Shown here in pieces: positions 49,883-60,257 of a DNA stretch of 64,000 nt; position 1 is the stretch's first letter, and each line of letters begins with the position of its first letter. Source of the stretch: an uncultured Coxiella sp. (GTDB lineage: Bacteria; Pseudomonadota; Gammaproteobacteria; Coxiellales; Coxiellaceae); the NCBI GenBank assembly GCA_902623005.1, contig CACNSC010000003.1, positions 34,610 to 98,609 on the forward strand, in the 5' to 3' direction. Under the pieces are notes generated by a model. That model saw only the letters and a program-made list of their open reading frames with translations. It was not told where the DNA came from and did not search any database. A program made the position numbers and the translations under genes.

Positions 49883-51064
49883 ATGGACTGGTTAGCACAC
49901 GCGCACTCTGCTTTAAGTCACCTAATGGCATCGAAATTACGTTCGTTGTTGGCGATGCTGGGTATTGTGGTGGGCTCTGGTGCAGTTGTTGCGCTGCTAT
50001 CTTGTGGTTATATGGCCACTGAAAAAGCGCTATCTGAAATTAAGTCGTTAGGTACGGATGTGATTGGTGTGCGCTTACTGAACAAACCAGGAGTGGATGT
50101 GCAATCACAGGGCTTGGTTTACAGTGAGATGGCAAAAATCAGTACGGCATCACCATACGTTGAACAAGCAGTGCCTATCATTGATGTCTATAAAGAAATT
50201 TATGCCAGCGGAGTCTCCATGAACTCGCCGGTTATTGGAGTCGATCGAGCTTTCTATACGGTTTTGAAAGTACCACTTTTAATTGGACGTCAAGTTACTA
50301 TGCTGGACAAAGGCCAGTTGTACTGTGTCATCGGTTCTAGTCTCGCAAAAAAAATTCAAAAGCAAGGCGTTGATCCGCTTTTAAGTCAGATTTTGATTGG
50401 TAATGAAATGCTGACTGTAGTCGGGATCGCAAAACCTTGGAAGCCCAGCATGATGTTTTATGACAGTGTAAATGACAGCGTTATCGTCCCGTTATCCACG
50501 GCAGCATTAATCGCTGGTGATGATGAAATCAAGCAGCTTATTTTTAAGTTGTCGGGTGATGATCGGATCAAACAAGCACGGCAGCAAATTGAATCGACCA
50601 TTGCTGCCGTTGTGCCACAACGACTCCCACGCGTACTTGATCCACAGCAAATTATTGGCGTTGCAACAAAGCAGCGTGCTACATTCACGGTTTTACTCAC
50701 AGCAATTGGTGGGATATCGTTGCTGGTTGGGGGTATTGGGGTGATGAATATTATGTTGGTTTCGGTGATAGAGCGTCGAAAAGAGATTGGGATTCGTATG
50801 GCCGTGGGCGCTCAGCGTTCGGATATCGTTAAAATGTTTTTGATGGAGTCAATCACGTTGACAATTTTGGGCGGTGCTATTGGTGTTGTTTTGGGCTTGC
50901 TAGTGTCATTAGCGCTATCATTTAGTAGTGGGTGGCATTATAAGTTTTACCTTATACCACCGGTGCTTGGCTTTTTTGTTTCAGCGTTGGTGGGCGTAAT
51001 CTCCGGAATTTACCCTGCGTTGAGTGCTTCGCGCTTGGATCCTGTGCAAACGTTTTCAGATTAA
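49883..51064 (+). CDS. ABC transporter permease, MacB/FtsX-type
   Basis: It has the MacB_PCD-like periplasmic domain between TM1 and TM2, and a C-terminal FtsX fold (ERRKEIGIRMAVGA, YPALSASRLDPV). Confidence 0.85.
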   Translation: MDWLAHAHSALSHLMASKLRSLLAMLGIVVGSGAVVALLSCGYMATEKALSEIKSLGTDVIGVRLLNKPGVDVQSQGLVYSEMAKISTASPYVEQAVPIIDVYKEIYASGVSMNSPVIGVDRAFYTVLKVPLLIGRQVTMLDKGQLYCVIGSSLAKKIQKQGVDPLLSQILIGNEMLTVVGIAKPWKPSMMFYDSVNDSVIVPLSTAALIAGDDEIKQLIFKLSGDDRIKQARQQIESTIAAVVPQRLPRVLDPQQIIGVATKQRATFTVLLTAIGGISLLVGGIGVMNIMLVSVIERRKEIGIRMAVGAQRSDIVKMFLMESITLTILGGAIGVVLGLLVSLALSFSSGWHYKFYLIPPVLGFFVSALVGVISGIYPALSASRLDPVQTFSD

Positions 51065-51078
51065 TAACGAGTAATGGT

Positions 51079-52449
51079 ATGAAAATAATAATCTTAGGTT
51101 CTGGTCGAGTTGGGTTATCATTAGCCAGTAATTTAATTGATGAGAATCACGATATCACCTTGGTTAGCGATGACGATCAAGCGTTAGCCAGAATTTCAGA
51201 GAAGCTTGATTTAAGAACAGTGTGTGGCCATTGCAGTTTTCCTGATGTGCTCAGGGATGCCGGCGCTGAAACTGCTGATATGCTGTTAGCCGTTACAGAC
51301 AATGACGAAGTCAATATGGTTGCTTGTCAAGTCGCTTATTCGTTGTTCCATATTGATAAGAAAGTTGCACGTATCCGATCACAACACTATCTGATTCGTG
51401 ATGAATTATTCGGTAGTGAGAATTTACCAATCGATGTTTTCATCAGTCCTGAGCAACTCGTCACACGCTTCGTTCAACAACTAATTGCTCATCCAGGTGC
51501 TCTGAAGGTTATGGATTTAGGCGATGGACAGATTAAATTAGTCGGTGTACGAGCGTTCTATGGTGGCATTTGTATTGGTAAAACAATTCGTGAGGTTTAT
51601 CAGGCGCTGTCAAAAGAACACCTGTCTATTATTGCGGCTTATCGCGGTGAAGAGTTACTTGCGTTACATGATGAGCTCTCTATTGAAGTCGGCGATGAAA
51701 TTTATTTTATTGCTAGAGAGGAAAATGTTCATAACATCATGGTTGCCTTTCGTCGATTAGAGGCACCTTATCAACGTGTGATGATTGCTGGTGGTGGTGG
51801 TATTGGCGGTTGTTTAGCAGAAGCGATTCAGCACGATTATGCAGTGAAAGTGATTGATCGTGATTTGAAGCGCTGCGAATTTATTGCTGACCGCTTGCGG
51901 GTTACGGTATTACATGGTGATGCATGCGATCGTGATATTCTCAAGAACGAGAATATAGATAGCGTGGATGTGTTTTGTGCGGTAACCGATGACGACGAAG
52001 ATAATATGATTGCTTGTCTACAGGCTAAGCGTTTAGGCGTTAAGCAAGTGATGTCTTTAATCACTCGAACAGCATACGTTGAGATGATTCAAGATACATC
52101 AATTAATGTAGCGATCTCGCCACAACAGGTCACCATCGGTTCGATTCTTCCACATTTGTACAAAGGTGACGTCAAGCAAGTCTATGCATTGCGCCACTGT
52201 GAAACTGACGTGATGGAAATCAAAGTCCATGGTGATCAAAAGTCATCGCCATTGGTAGGTAAGAAATTACATGAAGTTGCTGCCCCGAAAGATGTCGTGC
52301 TTGGCCCAATCATTAGGAAGAAAAATTCCCTAATTTTAGATCCTGATGCAACGATTGAGTCGGGTGATCATGTGATTGTCATGATAACTAAGCGAAAGCG
52401 CATCAAGGATGTTGAGCGTTTATTCCAGGTTAGTGCAGAATTTTTCTGA
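51079..52449 (+). CDS. trkA: Trk potassium uptake protein TrkA
   Basis: It has two NAD-binding repeats (MKIIILGSGRVG; VMIAGGGGIGG), each followed by an RCK_C domain. Confidence 0.93.
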   Translation: MKIIILGSGRVGLSLASNLIDENHDITLVSDDDQALARISEKLDLRTVCGHCSFPDVLRDAGAETADMLLAVTDNDEVNMVACQVAYSLFHIDKKVARIRSQHYLIRDELFGSENLPIDVFISPEQLVTRFVQQLIAHPGALKVMDLGDGQIKLVGVRAFYGGICIGKTIREVYQALSKEHLSIIAAYRGEELLALHDELSIEVGDEIYFIAREENVHNIMVAFRRLEAPYQRVMIAGGGGIGGCLAEAIQHDYAVKVIDRDLKRCEFIADRLRVTVLHGDACDRDILKNENIDSVDVFCAVTDDDEDNMIACLQAKRLGVKQVMSLITRTAYVEMIQDTSINVAISPQQVTIGSILPHLYKGDVKQVYALRHCETDVMEIKVHGDQKSSPLVGKKLHEVAAPKDVVLGPIIRKKNSLILDPDATIESGDHVIVMITKRKRIKDVERLFQVSAEFF

Positions 52450-52458
52450 GGTCGAATA

Positions 52459-53907
52459 ATGAGATTATACGTTTGCTGTAAGTTGCTCGGAATGTTGTTG
52501 ATGATTTTTAGCATATCCATGCTCACACCTTTGATTGTTGACGCGATTTATCATGAGACTGTTTATCTCGCTTTTATCACCGCCTTTTTTATTACTGTGA
52601 TCACAGGTTTTGGGCTTTGGTATCCGTTTAGAAACTACCACTACGAGCTAAGAACGCGCGATGGTTTTTTTGTGGTAACTTTTCTTTGGGTGGTGCTGTC
52701 TCTCTTTGGAGCAATCCCACTGTGGTTGAATCATTATACCCGCATTGGCTTCACCGATGCCGCGTTTGAATCCGTTTCCGGAATTACGACCACAGGTGCG
52801 ACCATCCTAACCCACCTTTCTGATTTACCGAAGTCTATTTTGTACTACCGTCAGCAATTGCAGTTTTTGGGGGGCATGGGGATTATTGTGCTAGCAGTAG
52901 CGATTATGCCGATACTGGGTGTGGGTGGTATGCAGCTGTATCGTGCGGAAGTTGTTGGCCCTCTAAAGACCTCGAAATTTAAACCGCGGATTGCACAAAC
53001 TGCTAAATCTTTATGGTATATCTACGTTGGCTTAACCATTGCATGTACCTTGTCATATTGGGCCTGTGGTATGACATTTTTTGATGCACTCGGAGAAAGT
53101 TTCGGTACTGTTGCAACGGGAGGTTTTTCAATTCATGAAGCTAGTTTCGCGTTTTATAAAAATCCGGCGATAGATGTAGTAGCAATTATCTTTATGTTTT
53201 TAGGCTCTTGTAACTTTACGCTGCATTTTTATTTTTTAGCATCTCGCAAGCCATCGGTCTATTGGCGCGATAAAGAGTTAATGGTTTTTTTGCGCATTGT
53301 GATTAGTGTTACAGTGATCACGTCACTCTATATGATGCTTGCGCACCATTATTCACTGATTAAAAACCCGTTTCATGTGCTCTTTACAGTGGTGTCATTG
53401 GCAAGTACCACGGGTATTACTACCGTTGATTTCAATCTCTGGCCGACATTTGTACCAATCTTGATGATGATGGTGGCGATGATCGGAGGCTGCGGTGGTT
53501 CAACCAGTGGTGGTATCAAAGTGATTCGTTACCTGTTGATCAGAAACCAGGGCCGGCATGAGATTCAACAGCTGATTCATCCCAATGCTGTGGTCGCCAT
53601 TAAAGCCGGTGGTGGTAAGTTGCCGGACAAAGTGGCTAATTCAATTTGGGGTTTCGTGGCGGTCTACCTGTTTTTGCTGGGCTTCTTAATTTTAATATTA
53701 CTTGCAACCGGTATGAATTTGAAAACGGCTTTTGGTGCATTGGTGGTTTGTATTGCTAATACCGGTGCATCGATAGGTGACGTTGCGCACGGTTTTAGTC
53801 ACTTGAATGGTGGTGAGAAGTGGTTACTAATTTTTGCCATGTTTTTAGGGCGATTAGAAATTTTTACGATCTTAGTGCTATTTTCACCAAGCTATTGGCG
53901 TCGTTAG
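52459..53907 (+). CDS. trkH: Trk potassium uptake protein TrkH
   Basis: The 482-aa polytopic protein has selectivity-filter-like motifs (SGITTTGAT; ATGGFS; STTGIT; TSGGIK). Confidence 0.93.
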   Translation: MRLYVCCKLLGMLLMIFSISMLTPLIVDAIYHETVYLAFITAFFITVITGFGLWYPFRNYHYELRTRDGFFVVTFLWVVLSLFGAIPLWLNHYTRIGFTDAAFESVSGITTTGATILTHLSDLPKSILYYRQQLQFLGGMGIIVLAVAIMPILGVGGMQLYRAEVVGPLKTSKFKPRIAQTAKSLWYIYVGLTIACTLSYWACGMTFFDALGESFGTVATGGFSIHEASFAFYKNPAIDVVAIIFMFLGSCNFTLHFYFLASRKPSVYWRDKELMVFLRIVISVTVITSLYMMLAHHYSLIKNPFHVLFTVVSLASTTGITTVDFNLWPTFVPILMMMVAMIGGCGGSTSGGIKVIRYLLIRNQGRHEIQQLIHPNAVVAIKAGGGKLPDKVANSIWGFVAVYLFLLGFLILILLATGMNLKTAFGALVVCIANTGASIGDVAHGFSHLNGGEKWLLIFAMFLGRLEIFTILVLFSPSYWRR

Positions 53908-53917
53908 AGTAATGGCT

Positions 53918-54403
53918 TTAATCGTGCTTGATAGCAAACGCCTTTTCTTTTTCGGCTAATTCCATGCGCATTTTTTTGCGAAGCTCGGCTTCTTTGAACC
54001 GTCGCTCTTGTTCTTCTGTAGTGCAAATCAGAGGTTTTATGGTGACGGGTTTATGATGTTCATCCAGTGCAACCATGGTGAAGTAACACGAATTAGTGTG
54101 ACGCACGGTGCCTGTCGATAGATTCTCAGCCAATACCTTGATACCAATTTCCATCGAGGAGCGACCAACATGATTGACTGCCGCCAGGCATGTGATTAAG
54201 TTGCCAACGTGGATGGGTTTTTTAAAAACCACTTGGTCTACCGAGAGAGTAACTACGTAGTGTCCGCTATAACGGGCAGCACAAGCGTAGGCCACTTTAT
54301 CTAAGAAACTGAGTAAATGCCCGCCATGAATATTGCCTGCGAAATTCGCCTGGTCAGGAGTCATGATCTCTGACATCGTTATCGTGTTGTTTTGTTCTTC
54401 CAT
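53918..54403 (-). CDS. Acyl-CoA thioesterase (hotdog fold, YciA-like)
   Basis: It has ANFAGNIHGGHLLSFLDKVAYACA and a hotdog-type core. The C-terminal helix is charged. Confidence 0.75.
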   Translation of the reverse strand: MEEQNNTITMSEIMTPDQANFAGNIHGGHLLSFLDKVAYACAARYSGHYVVTLSVDQVVFKKPIHVGNLITCLAAVNHVGRSSMEIGIKVLAENLSTGTVRHTNSCYFTMVALDEHHKPVTIKPLICTTEEQERRFKEAELRKKMRMELAEKEKAFAIKHD

Positions 54404-54424
54404 GAATCGATACCCCTGTTCTTA

Positions 54425-56005
54425 TCAGCTGATTTGCAGCCCGAGCTCATCAATATAACATTGCGTTTCTTGCGATGCTAATCGTAGGCGTATGGCTAAG
54501 TGCATGATCAGAATACTAAAAATAAATATAACAACGGCATCCCAACCAAACGGTAATAATCCAATGCCATGGCCGAACGAACCTAGATAGGAAATTAGAG
54601 TCAGGCCAATGAAATAGGGCCATAGCCAGTGCGCGGATTGCGTATGCAGCGGAATAGTACGCGCCTTGTCACTGATTGCGCGATAACCCAATAAAACCAA
54701 TACGCCAATAATAACAGCGATAAATAATTTCGAAATGATGTCCCAGCCGCTCCAATAGGCCAAACAATTGCATAAAAAGAAGGCGCAGTAAGACCACCAT
54801 TTTGCGAGTGGTAATTTGAGAGCTCGAGGGTATTCGGGGATTTGATGACGTAAAGCCATTAAGCTTACGGGGCCAATCGCGTAGCTGATTGCCATTAATG
54901 AGGTAAGAAAAGAGACCATAGCTTTCCAACCCGGAAGTGGCGTAAACATTAACATGCCGATGCAGAAGTTAACGCAAATTGCCCGGGCCGGATTACCTTG
55001 CTGGTTGAGCCGATGTAGCACGTCGGGTAAACAACCATTTGCGCTGGTGGCATAGAGCGAGCGGCTGGAGCTTGCCATGTACATAAGACCGGCAGCCAGC
55101 GGTCCGATAATAGCGCCGAGATAAAGTAGCGGAAGTAATATTTCGAGGTGATCTTGTATCAGTATGGTCGTGAAAGGGCTGTTACTGTGCTTTAAATGCA
55201 TGTGGGACCAGCCATCGATAATGTTTGATGGTTTGAGAGAGGTAATGAATGCCAGTTGGAGTAATAGGTAGATCGTCAAGCAAATCACAATCGAACCAAT
55301 GATGGCTAGTGGCAAAGAGCGGTGTGGTTTTTTGGCTTCACCGGCCATTTCACAGGCTTGTTTGAAGCCATTGAATGCAAAGATGATACCACCAGAAGCA
55401 ATCGCAGCGAAAACGCCATGAAAGCCGTCGGGCGAAAACGTACTGTGTGGGTAGATCGGATGGTGGTGTACGGTTGAAACAATAAAAATACTAATCACAA
55501 TGATAAATGGCAGAATAATTTTCATGACGGTGAGTGCATTGTTGGCGCGGATTAGCCACCTCAGTGAGTAAATATTGATACTGCTGATGGCTAGCATTAA
55601 TACGGTAGCAGTGGCAAAGCCTGACCGTGTCAATTGGCCGGTCTCAGGCAGCGCCAGGTTGGGAAAAAATAAAGTCAGGTATTGAATCACGCCTTGCACT
55701 TCAGTTGGCACCAGGGCGGTGTAAGATAGCCAGATAAACCAAGAGAAAATAAATGCTACCAAGGTGCCATGAGTATATTGCGGTACACGAACACTGGATC
55801 CTGTAACTGGTAGCATGGCGCTGATCTCTGCAAAGGTGAAAGCGACGATGATCAACATTATGCCACCTAGAATCCACGAGATGAGCGCGGCTGGGCCAGC
55901 AAGTTGAGAGGTGTAATATGCGGAGAACATCCAGCCCGAGCCTAAAATAGCACTCACCGACGAAAATAGCAGTCCGTTCGTAGATAATGATCGTTTTGGT
56001 TTCAT
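54425..56005 (-). CDS. APC-family amino acid permease
   Basis: The 526-aa protein has about 12-13 TM segments and an N-terminal SVSAILGSGWMF motif typical of APC transporters. Confidence 0.8.
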   Translation of the reverse strand: MKPKRSLSTNGLLFSSVSAILGSGWMFSAYYTSQLAGPAALISWILGGIMLIIVAFTFAEISAMLPVTGSSVRVPQYTHGTLVAFIFSWFIWLSYTALVPTEVQGVIQYLTLFFPNLALPETGQLTRSGFATATVLMLAISSINIYSLRWLIRANNALTVMKIILPFIIVISIFIVSTVHHHPIYPHSTFSPDGFHGVFAAIASGGIIFAFNGFKQACEMAGEAKKPHRSLPLAIIGSIVICLTIYLLLQLAFITSLKPSNIIDGWSHMHLKHSNSPFTTILIQDHLEILLPLLYLGAIIGPLAAGLMYMASSSRSLYATSANGCLPDVLHRLNQQGNPARAICVNFCIGMLMFTPLPGWKAMVSFLTSLMAISYAIGPVSLMALRHQIPEYPRALKLPLAKWWSYCAFFLCNCLAYWSGWDIISKLFIAVIIGVLVLLGYRAISDKARTIPLHTQSAHWLWPYFIGLTLISYLGSFGHGIGLLPFGWDAVVIFIFSILIMHLAIRLRLASQETQCYIDELGLQIS

Positions 56006-56145
56006 GATAGTGCTGTGGTGGGGATCGTGATAAAGCTGGCTAGTTTAAACATAAAACAAGATGAGGTCATTAAAAAAAGATTGATGGTCCTGGCAAAGAA
56101 AATCGCGTTATACTAGCCGGCGAATTCACGTCTGGATATGCTGTC

Positions 56146-58842
56146 ATGGATAATGCTTCACCTATTATTTTAGTCGATGGTTCTTCCTATTTATTTCGGG
56201 CTTTTTACGCAATGCCCGCTTTGACCACAAAACAGGGGTTTCCTTCTGGTGCGATTTATGGCGTGGTTAACATGCTGCGAAAGTTGGTTAAAGATTACCC
56301 TCATTCTGAGATCGTCGTAGTTTTCGATACCAAGGGTAAAACCTTTCGTCATGAGCTGTATGCTGAGTACAAGGCCAATCGTGCTGAGATGCCTGATGAG
56401 TTAGCGCAACAGATTCAGCCATTGCACACGATCATCGAAGCTATGGGTTTTCCACTGATTAAAGTTCCCGGTGTCGAAGCCGATGATGTAATTGGTACTA
56501 TGGCGACGCAATTTTCTCATCAAGGTCATCAGGTATTAATTTCCACCGGTGACAAGGATATGGCACAGCTGGTGAATGAGCAGATTACTTTGGTGAATAC
56601 CATGACTAACCTGGTCTCAGACAGCGATGGGGTAGTGGCCAAGTTTGGTGTCAGACCCGATCAAATTATTGATTACTTAGCTTTGGTTGGCGATACCTCG
56701 GATAACGTACCTGGTGTACCCAAGGTTGGGCCAAAGACCGCAGCTAAATGGCTGCAAACTTATGGTAGCGTGGCTAACTTGTTAGAGAATGCAGATGCTG
56801 TTGGCGGTAAGGTGGGTGAGAATCTGCGAGCCAATGTTGAGCAATTATTGTTATCGCAAGAATTAGTCACTATTCAGCGTATGGTGCCACTACCATCGAA
56901 TATGGAAGATTGGGTCATGACAGCACCCAATCGCGAGGTCCTGCGTCAGTGGTATCAACAACTGGAGTTTTCAACTTGGTTGGATGAGTTATCCGCTACG
57001 GACAACCCTAGTTCTGCAATGCAATCAGCAGTATCTACTAACTATGATGTGGTGCTTGATCAAGATCTTTTTTTGCGTTGGATGGATAAGATTAAAGCAG
57101 CAGCCGTATTTGCTCTGGATGTAGAGACAACCAGTTTGGATGACATGAGTGCGCAGTTGGTCGGTATTTCTCTAGCAGTCGCACCGGGCGATGCTGCCTA
57201 CATACCCTTGAATCATGACTACGCCAACGCGCCATCGCAGTTGGACAGTGTTTGGGTGCTGGACCAGTTAAAACCTATTCTGTCGAATGCAGCTAGACAC
57301 GTGGTTGGGCACAATATCAAATACGATTGGAAGGTGCTTTGTCGAGCGGGTTTAACCATTAAAGCGCGTTGTGATGATACATTGCTGCAGTCTTATGTCT
57401 TGAATAATGTCATGGTTCGTCATGACATGGACACGTTGGCTGAAACTTTTTTGAATCATAAAACAACAACATTTGAAGACATTGCTGGTAAGGGGGCGAA
57501 ACAAAAAACCTTTAATCAGGTTTCACTGGATGTGGCGGCACCTTATGCTGCAGAGGATGCTGATGTGACTCTGCAGTTGTTTCAATTGTTTAGAAGTTCC
57601 TTACAGGATCAACCGACTTTGCAACAAGTCTATGACACGATTGAGCAACCAACTTTATCGGTGTTAACGGCCATGGAGTATCATGGTGTTTTATTAGATT
57701 GTGAGCAGTTGCATCAACAAAGCCATGACCTGAGTGAAGACATTGCTCAATTAGAACAACAGGCCTATGAAATTGCAGGTGAACGATTTAATTTAGCTTC
57801 ACCAAAACAATTGCAAGATATTTTGTTTGAGAAATTACAGCTTCCTGTGATCAAGAAAACACCTAAGGGTCAGCCCTCAACGGCGGAGTCAGTATTGCAA
57901 GAACTGGCAGAAGATTACCCGCTACCAAACGTGATTGTACAATATCGCAGTATGGCAAAATTAAAATCAACCTACACCGATAAATTGCCGGAGCAAGTCA
58001 ATGCGACGACGGGTCGAGTGCACACGCATTACAATCAGGCGGTGACATCAACCGGTCGACTCTCATCCAATAATCCTAATTTACAAAATATTCCAATTCG
58101 TACGGAAGCTGGAAGAAAGATCAGGCAGGCCTTTATTGCACCGAAGAATAAATCCATATTAGCCGCGGATTATTCCCAAGTAGAGCTTAGGATTATGGCG
58201 CACTGTGCTGATGATAAGGGGATGAAAGCAGCTTTCGCACAAGGGCTTGATATTCATCGTGCCACTGCTGCCGAGGTATTTGGTGTGTCAGTAGAGGCTG
58301 TGACATCCGATCAGCGTCGCCAAGCCAAAGCAATTAATTTTGGGTTGTTGTATGGTATGTCAGCGTTTGGTTTGTCCAAGCAATTACACGTTGATCGTAA
58401 AGCTGCACAGCTGTATATCGATGCCTACTTTGATCGTTACCCGGCGGTGCATGCTTATATGGAATCTGCGAGGCAGCAAGCAGCCGAGCAGGGTTTTGTG
58501 ACAACATTGTGTGGTCGCCGATTAATGATTCCTGATATTCAATCCTCTAATGTAATGCGTAGAAAAGCCGCTGAGCGTGCCGCTATTAATGCGCCCCTGC
58601 AAGGCACGGCGGCCGATTTGATTAAACTCGCAATGATACGTTTGTATAGTAGTATTCCAACCTCGCAATTGGATCTTACCTTGGTCATGCAGGTGCATGA
58701 TGAATTGGTGTTTGAGGTTGCTAATACTGACACTACCGCAGCGACGCAATTGATTCGAGAGGCGATGGAGCAAGCGTTACCATTATCGGTGCCCTTGCTA
58801 GTTGATATTGGTATTGGTAATAACTGGGACGAAGCGCACTAA
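56146..58842 (+). CDS. polA: DNA polymerase I
   Basis: It has a 5' nuclease N-terminus (LVDGSSYLFRAFYA), 3'-5' exonuclease motifs and polymerase motifs (DYSQVELRIMAH; QVHDELVFEV). Confidence 0.98.
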   Translation: MDNASPIILVDGSSYLFRAFYAMPALTTKQGFPSGAIYGVVNMLRKLVKDYPHSEIVVVFDTKGKTFRHELYAEYKANRAEMPDELAQQIQPLHTIIEAMGFPLIKVPGVEADDVIGTMATQFSHQGHQVLISTGDKDMAQLVNEQITLVNTMTNLVSDSDGVVAKFGVRPDQIIDYLALVGDTSDNVPGVPKVGPKTAAKWLQTYGSVANLLENADAVGGKVGENLRANVEQLLLSQELVTIQRMVPLPSNMEDWVMTAPNREVLRQWYQQLEFSTWLDELSATDNPSSAMQSAVSTNYDVVLDQDLFLRWMDKIKAAAVFALDVETTSLDDMSAQLVGISLAVAPGDAAYIPLNHDYANAPSQLDSVWVLDQLKPILSNAARHVVGHNIKYDWKVLCRAGLTIKARCDDTLLQSYVLNNVMVRHDMDTLAETFLNHKTTTFEDIAGKGAKQKTFNQVSLDVAAPYAAEDADVTLQLFQLFRSSLQDQPTLQQVYDTIEQPTLSVLTAMEYHGVLLDCEQLHQQSHDLSEDIAQLEQQAYEIAGERFNLASPKQLQDILFEKLQLPVIKKTPKGQPSTAESVLQELAEDYPLPNVIVQYRSMAKLKSTYTDKLPEQVNATTGRVHTHYNQAVTSTGRLSSNNPNLQNIPIRTEAGRKIRQAFIAPKNKSILAADYSQVELRIMAHCADDKGMKAAFAQGLDIHRATAAEVFGVSVEAVTSDQRRQAKAINFGLLYGMSAFGLSKQLHVDRKAAQLYIDAYFDRYPAVHAYMESARQQAAEQGFVTTLCGRRLMIPDIQSSNVMRRKAAERAAINAPLQGTAADLIKLAMIRLYSSIPTSQLDLTLVMQVHDELVFEVANTDTTAATQLIREAMEQALPLSVPLLVDIGIGNNWDEAH

Positions 58843-58853
58843 ACGAGGCTGAC

Positions 58854-59531
58854 ATGCTGAAAAACAATCGATTAAAACGTGAGAAACAACAAGTGGCCGA
58901 AGCTGCACTAGCACATGTTCCTGTTGATGGTGTGCTTGGTGTTGGAACAGGTTCTACGGTCAATTATTTTATCGAGGCATTCAGTAAGATAAAACACCAG
59001 GTTAAGCACGTTGTTGCAAGCTCAGAGGCAACGCGCGAGGCGTTAGCAGCGCATGGAATTAATGCGGTGTCGCTTAATCATGTGTCGTCAGTTGATGTTT
59101 ATATTGATGGTGCTGATGAGTTCAACCCGTATTTGTCTTTGATTAAAGGCGGCGGCGGTGCACTGACTCAAGAAAAAATCATTGCTGCTGCCAGCGAGCA
59201 GTTTGTTTGTATTGTCGATTCCAGTAAGCAATCCAGTTACCTTGGTAAGGTGCCAGTAGCTATTGAGGTTATATCGATGGCGCGCAGTTATGTTGCACGC
59301 CAGTTGGTCAAAATGGGTGGTTTTCCTGAGTATCGTGAAGGTGTGCTGACTGACAATGGTCATGATATTTTGGATGTCTATCAGTTAGATTTATCCGAGC
59401 CTATGGCGATGGAGCGACGATTGAATGATATTCCGGGTGTGGTTGCTAATGGCTTGTTCGCGCTCCGCGGCGCTGATATTGTTTTAATGGCAGGGCAAGA
59501 AATTCAGCAGTTTAAGCCTCAGTCTCGTTAG
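58854..59531 (+). CDS. rpiA: Ribose-5-phosphate isomerase A
   Basis: It has GVGTGSTV, DGADE and GGGGALTQEKI. Confidence 0.95.
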   Translation: MLKNNRLKREKQQVAEAALAHVPVDGVLGVGTGSTVNYFIEAFSKIKHQVKHVVASSEATREALAAHGINAVSLNHVSSVDVYIDGADEFNPYLSLIKGGGGALTQEKIIAAASEQFVCIVDSSKQSSYLGKVPVAIEVISMARSYVARQLVKMGGFPEYREGVLTDNGHDILDVYQLDLSEPMAMERRLNDIPGVVANGLFALRGADIVLMAGQEIQQFKPQSR

Positions 59532-60117
59532 CCATTTCTGCTTGTAATTTTTGTTTGGTATCGGCCATGATTTGGTTTTTAAGTGCCATCACGGTTGCAT
59601 CAAAATCATACAATTCATCTTGCCAATCAATGGAAAAATTACGCTCGTGCTCATTCCAAGTTGAGAGGTTAGCTTCGTTGTGTTGAATTTTACATTCCAG
59701 TTTATCCAGAGCGTAGACCAGCTTGGCTTCACCGGTTTGTCGATGTTCAAATTCATACCATAAGGCGCTAATCTCACTGCCGGTATCAGGCCCTAATAGC
59801 GTTGCGATTTCTGCAATTGCAGCTTCTTCGCGCGCTTGTTTGCTGGCATGGTCAGATTGTGAAACGAGATCAAACACGGGAATGTCTCCAGCAAGTGCTT
59901 CAACGCAGTCATGAATGATCGCCATTTTCAAGCAACGGTTAAGGTCTACTGGATGTTCAAGATGGGGGTGTATGGTCATTACCAATAAAGCAAGTCGCCA
60001 TGAGTGTTCAGCAACACTCTCTTGTCGACCGGTTGATGTCCAGCTGTGCCTGAGTTCGTTCTTAAGTTTCTCCATTAATGCAATAAATTGAGTGACTTGG
60101 GTAATAGGTGAATCCAT
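59512..60117 (-). CDS. HD-domain phosphohydrolase (YfbR/HDDC2-like 5'-nucleotidase)
   Basis: It has ESVAEHSWRLALL...AIIHDCVEALAGDIP, the H..HD..D pattern. Its 3' end overlaps the rpiA 3' end by 20 nt in convergent orientation. Confidence 0.65.
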   Translation of the reverse strand: MDSPITQVTQFIALMEKLKNELRHSWTSTGRQESVAEHSWRLALLVMTIHPHLEHPVDLNRCLKMAIIHDCVEALAGDIPVFDLVSQSDHASKQAREEAAIAEIATLLGPDTGSEISALWYEFEHRQTGEAKLVYALDKLECKIQHNEANLSTWNEHERNFSIDWQDELYDFDATVMALKNQIMADTKQKLQAEMANETEA

Positions 60118-60229
60118 GGCTTTGTCTCATCGGAAAAATCAGAGCCTGTTATATCAGATAATAGTCAAAAAGTCCGAAAAACATCGAATAATATAAGGTT
60201 TTGCTAAGATTTCTAGGGATGCGGCGAGC

Positions 60230-60257
60230 TTGATATTCTAGTGTTTAGCAGTATAAT
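60230..60257 (+). promoter_or_regulatory. Candidate sigma70 promoter for csrA
   Basis: TTGATA (60230-35), a 16-nt spacer, then TATAAT (60252-57). This would give a leader of about 165 nt. Confidence 0.45.
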
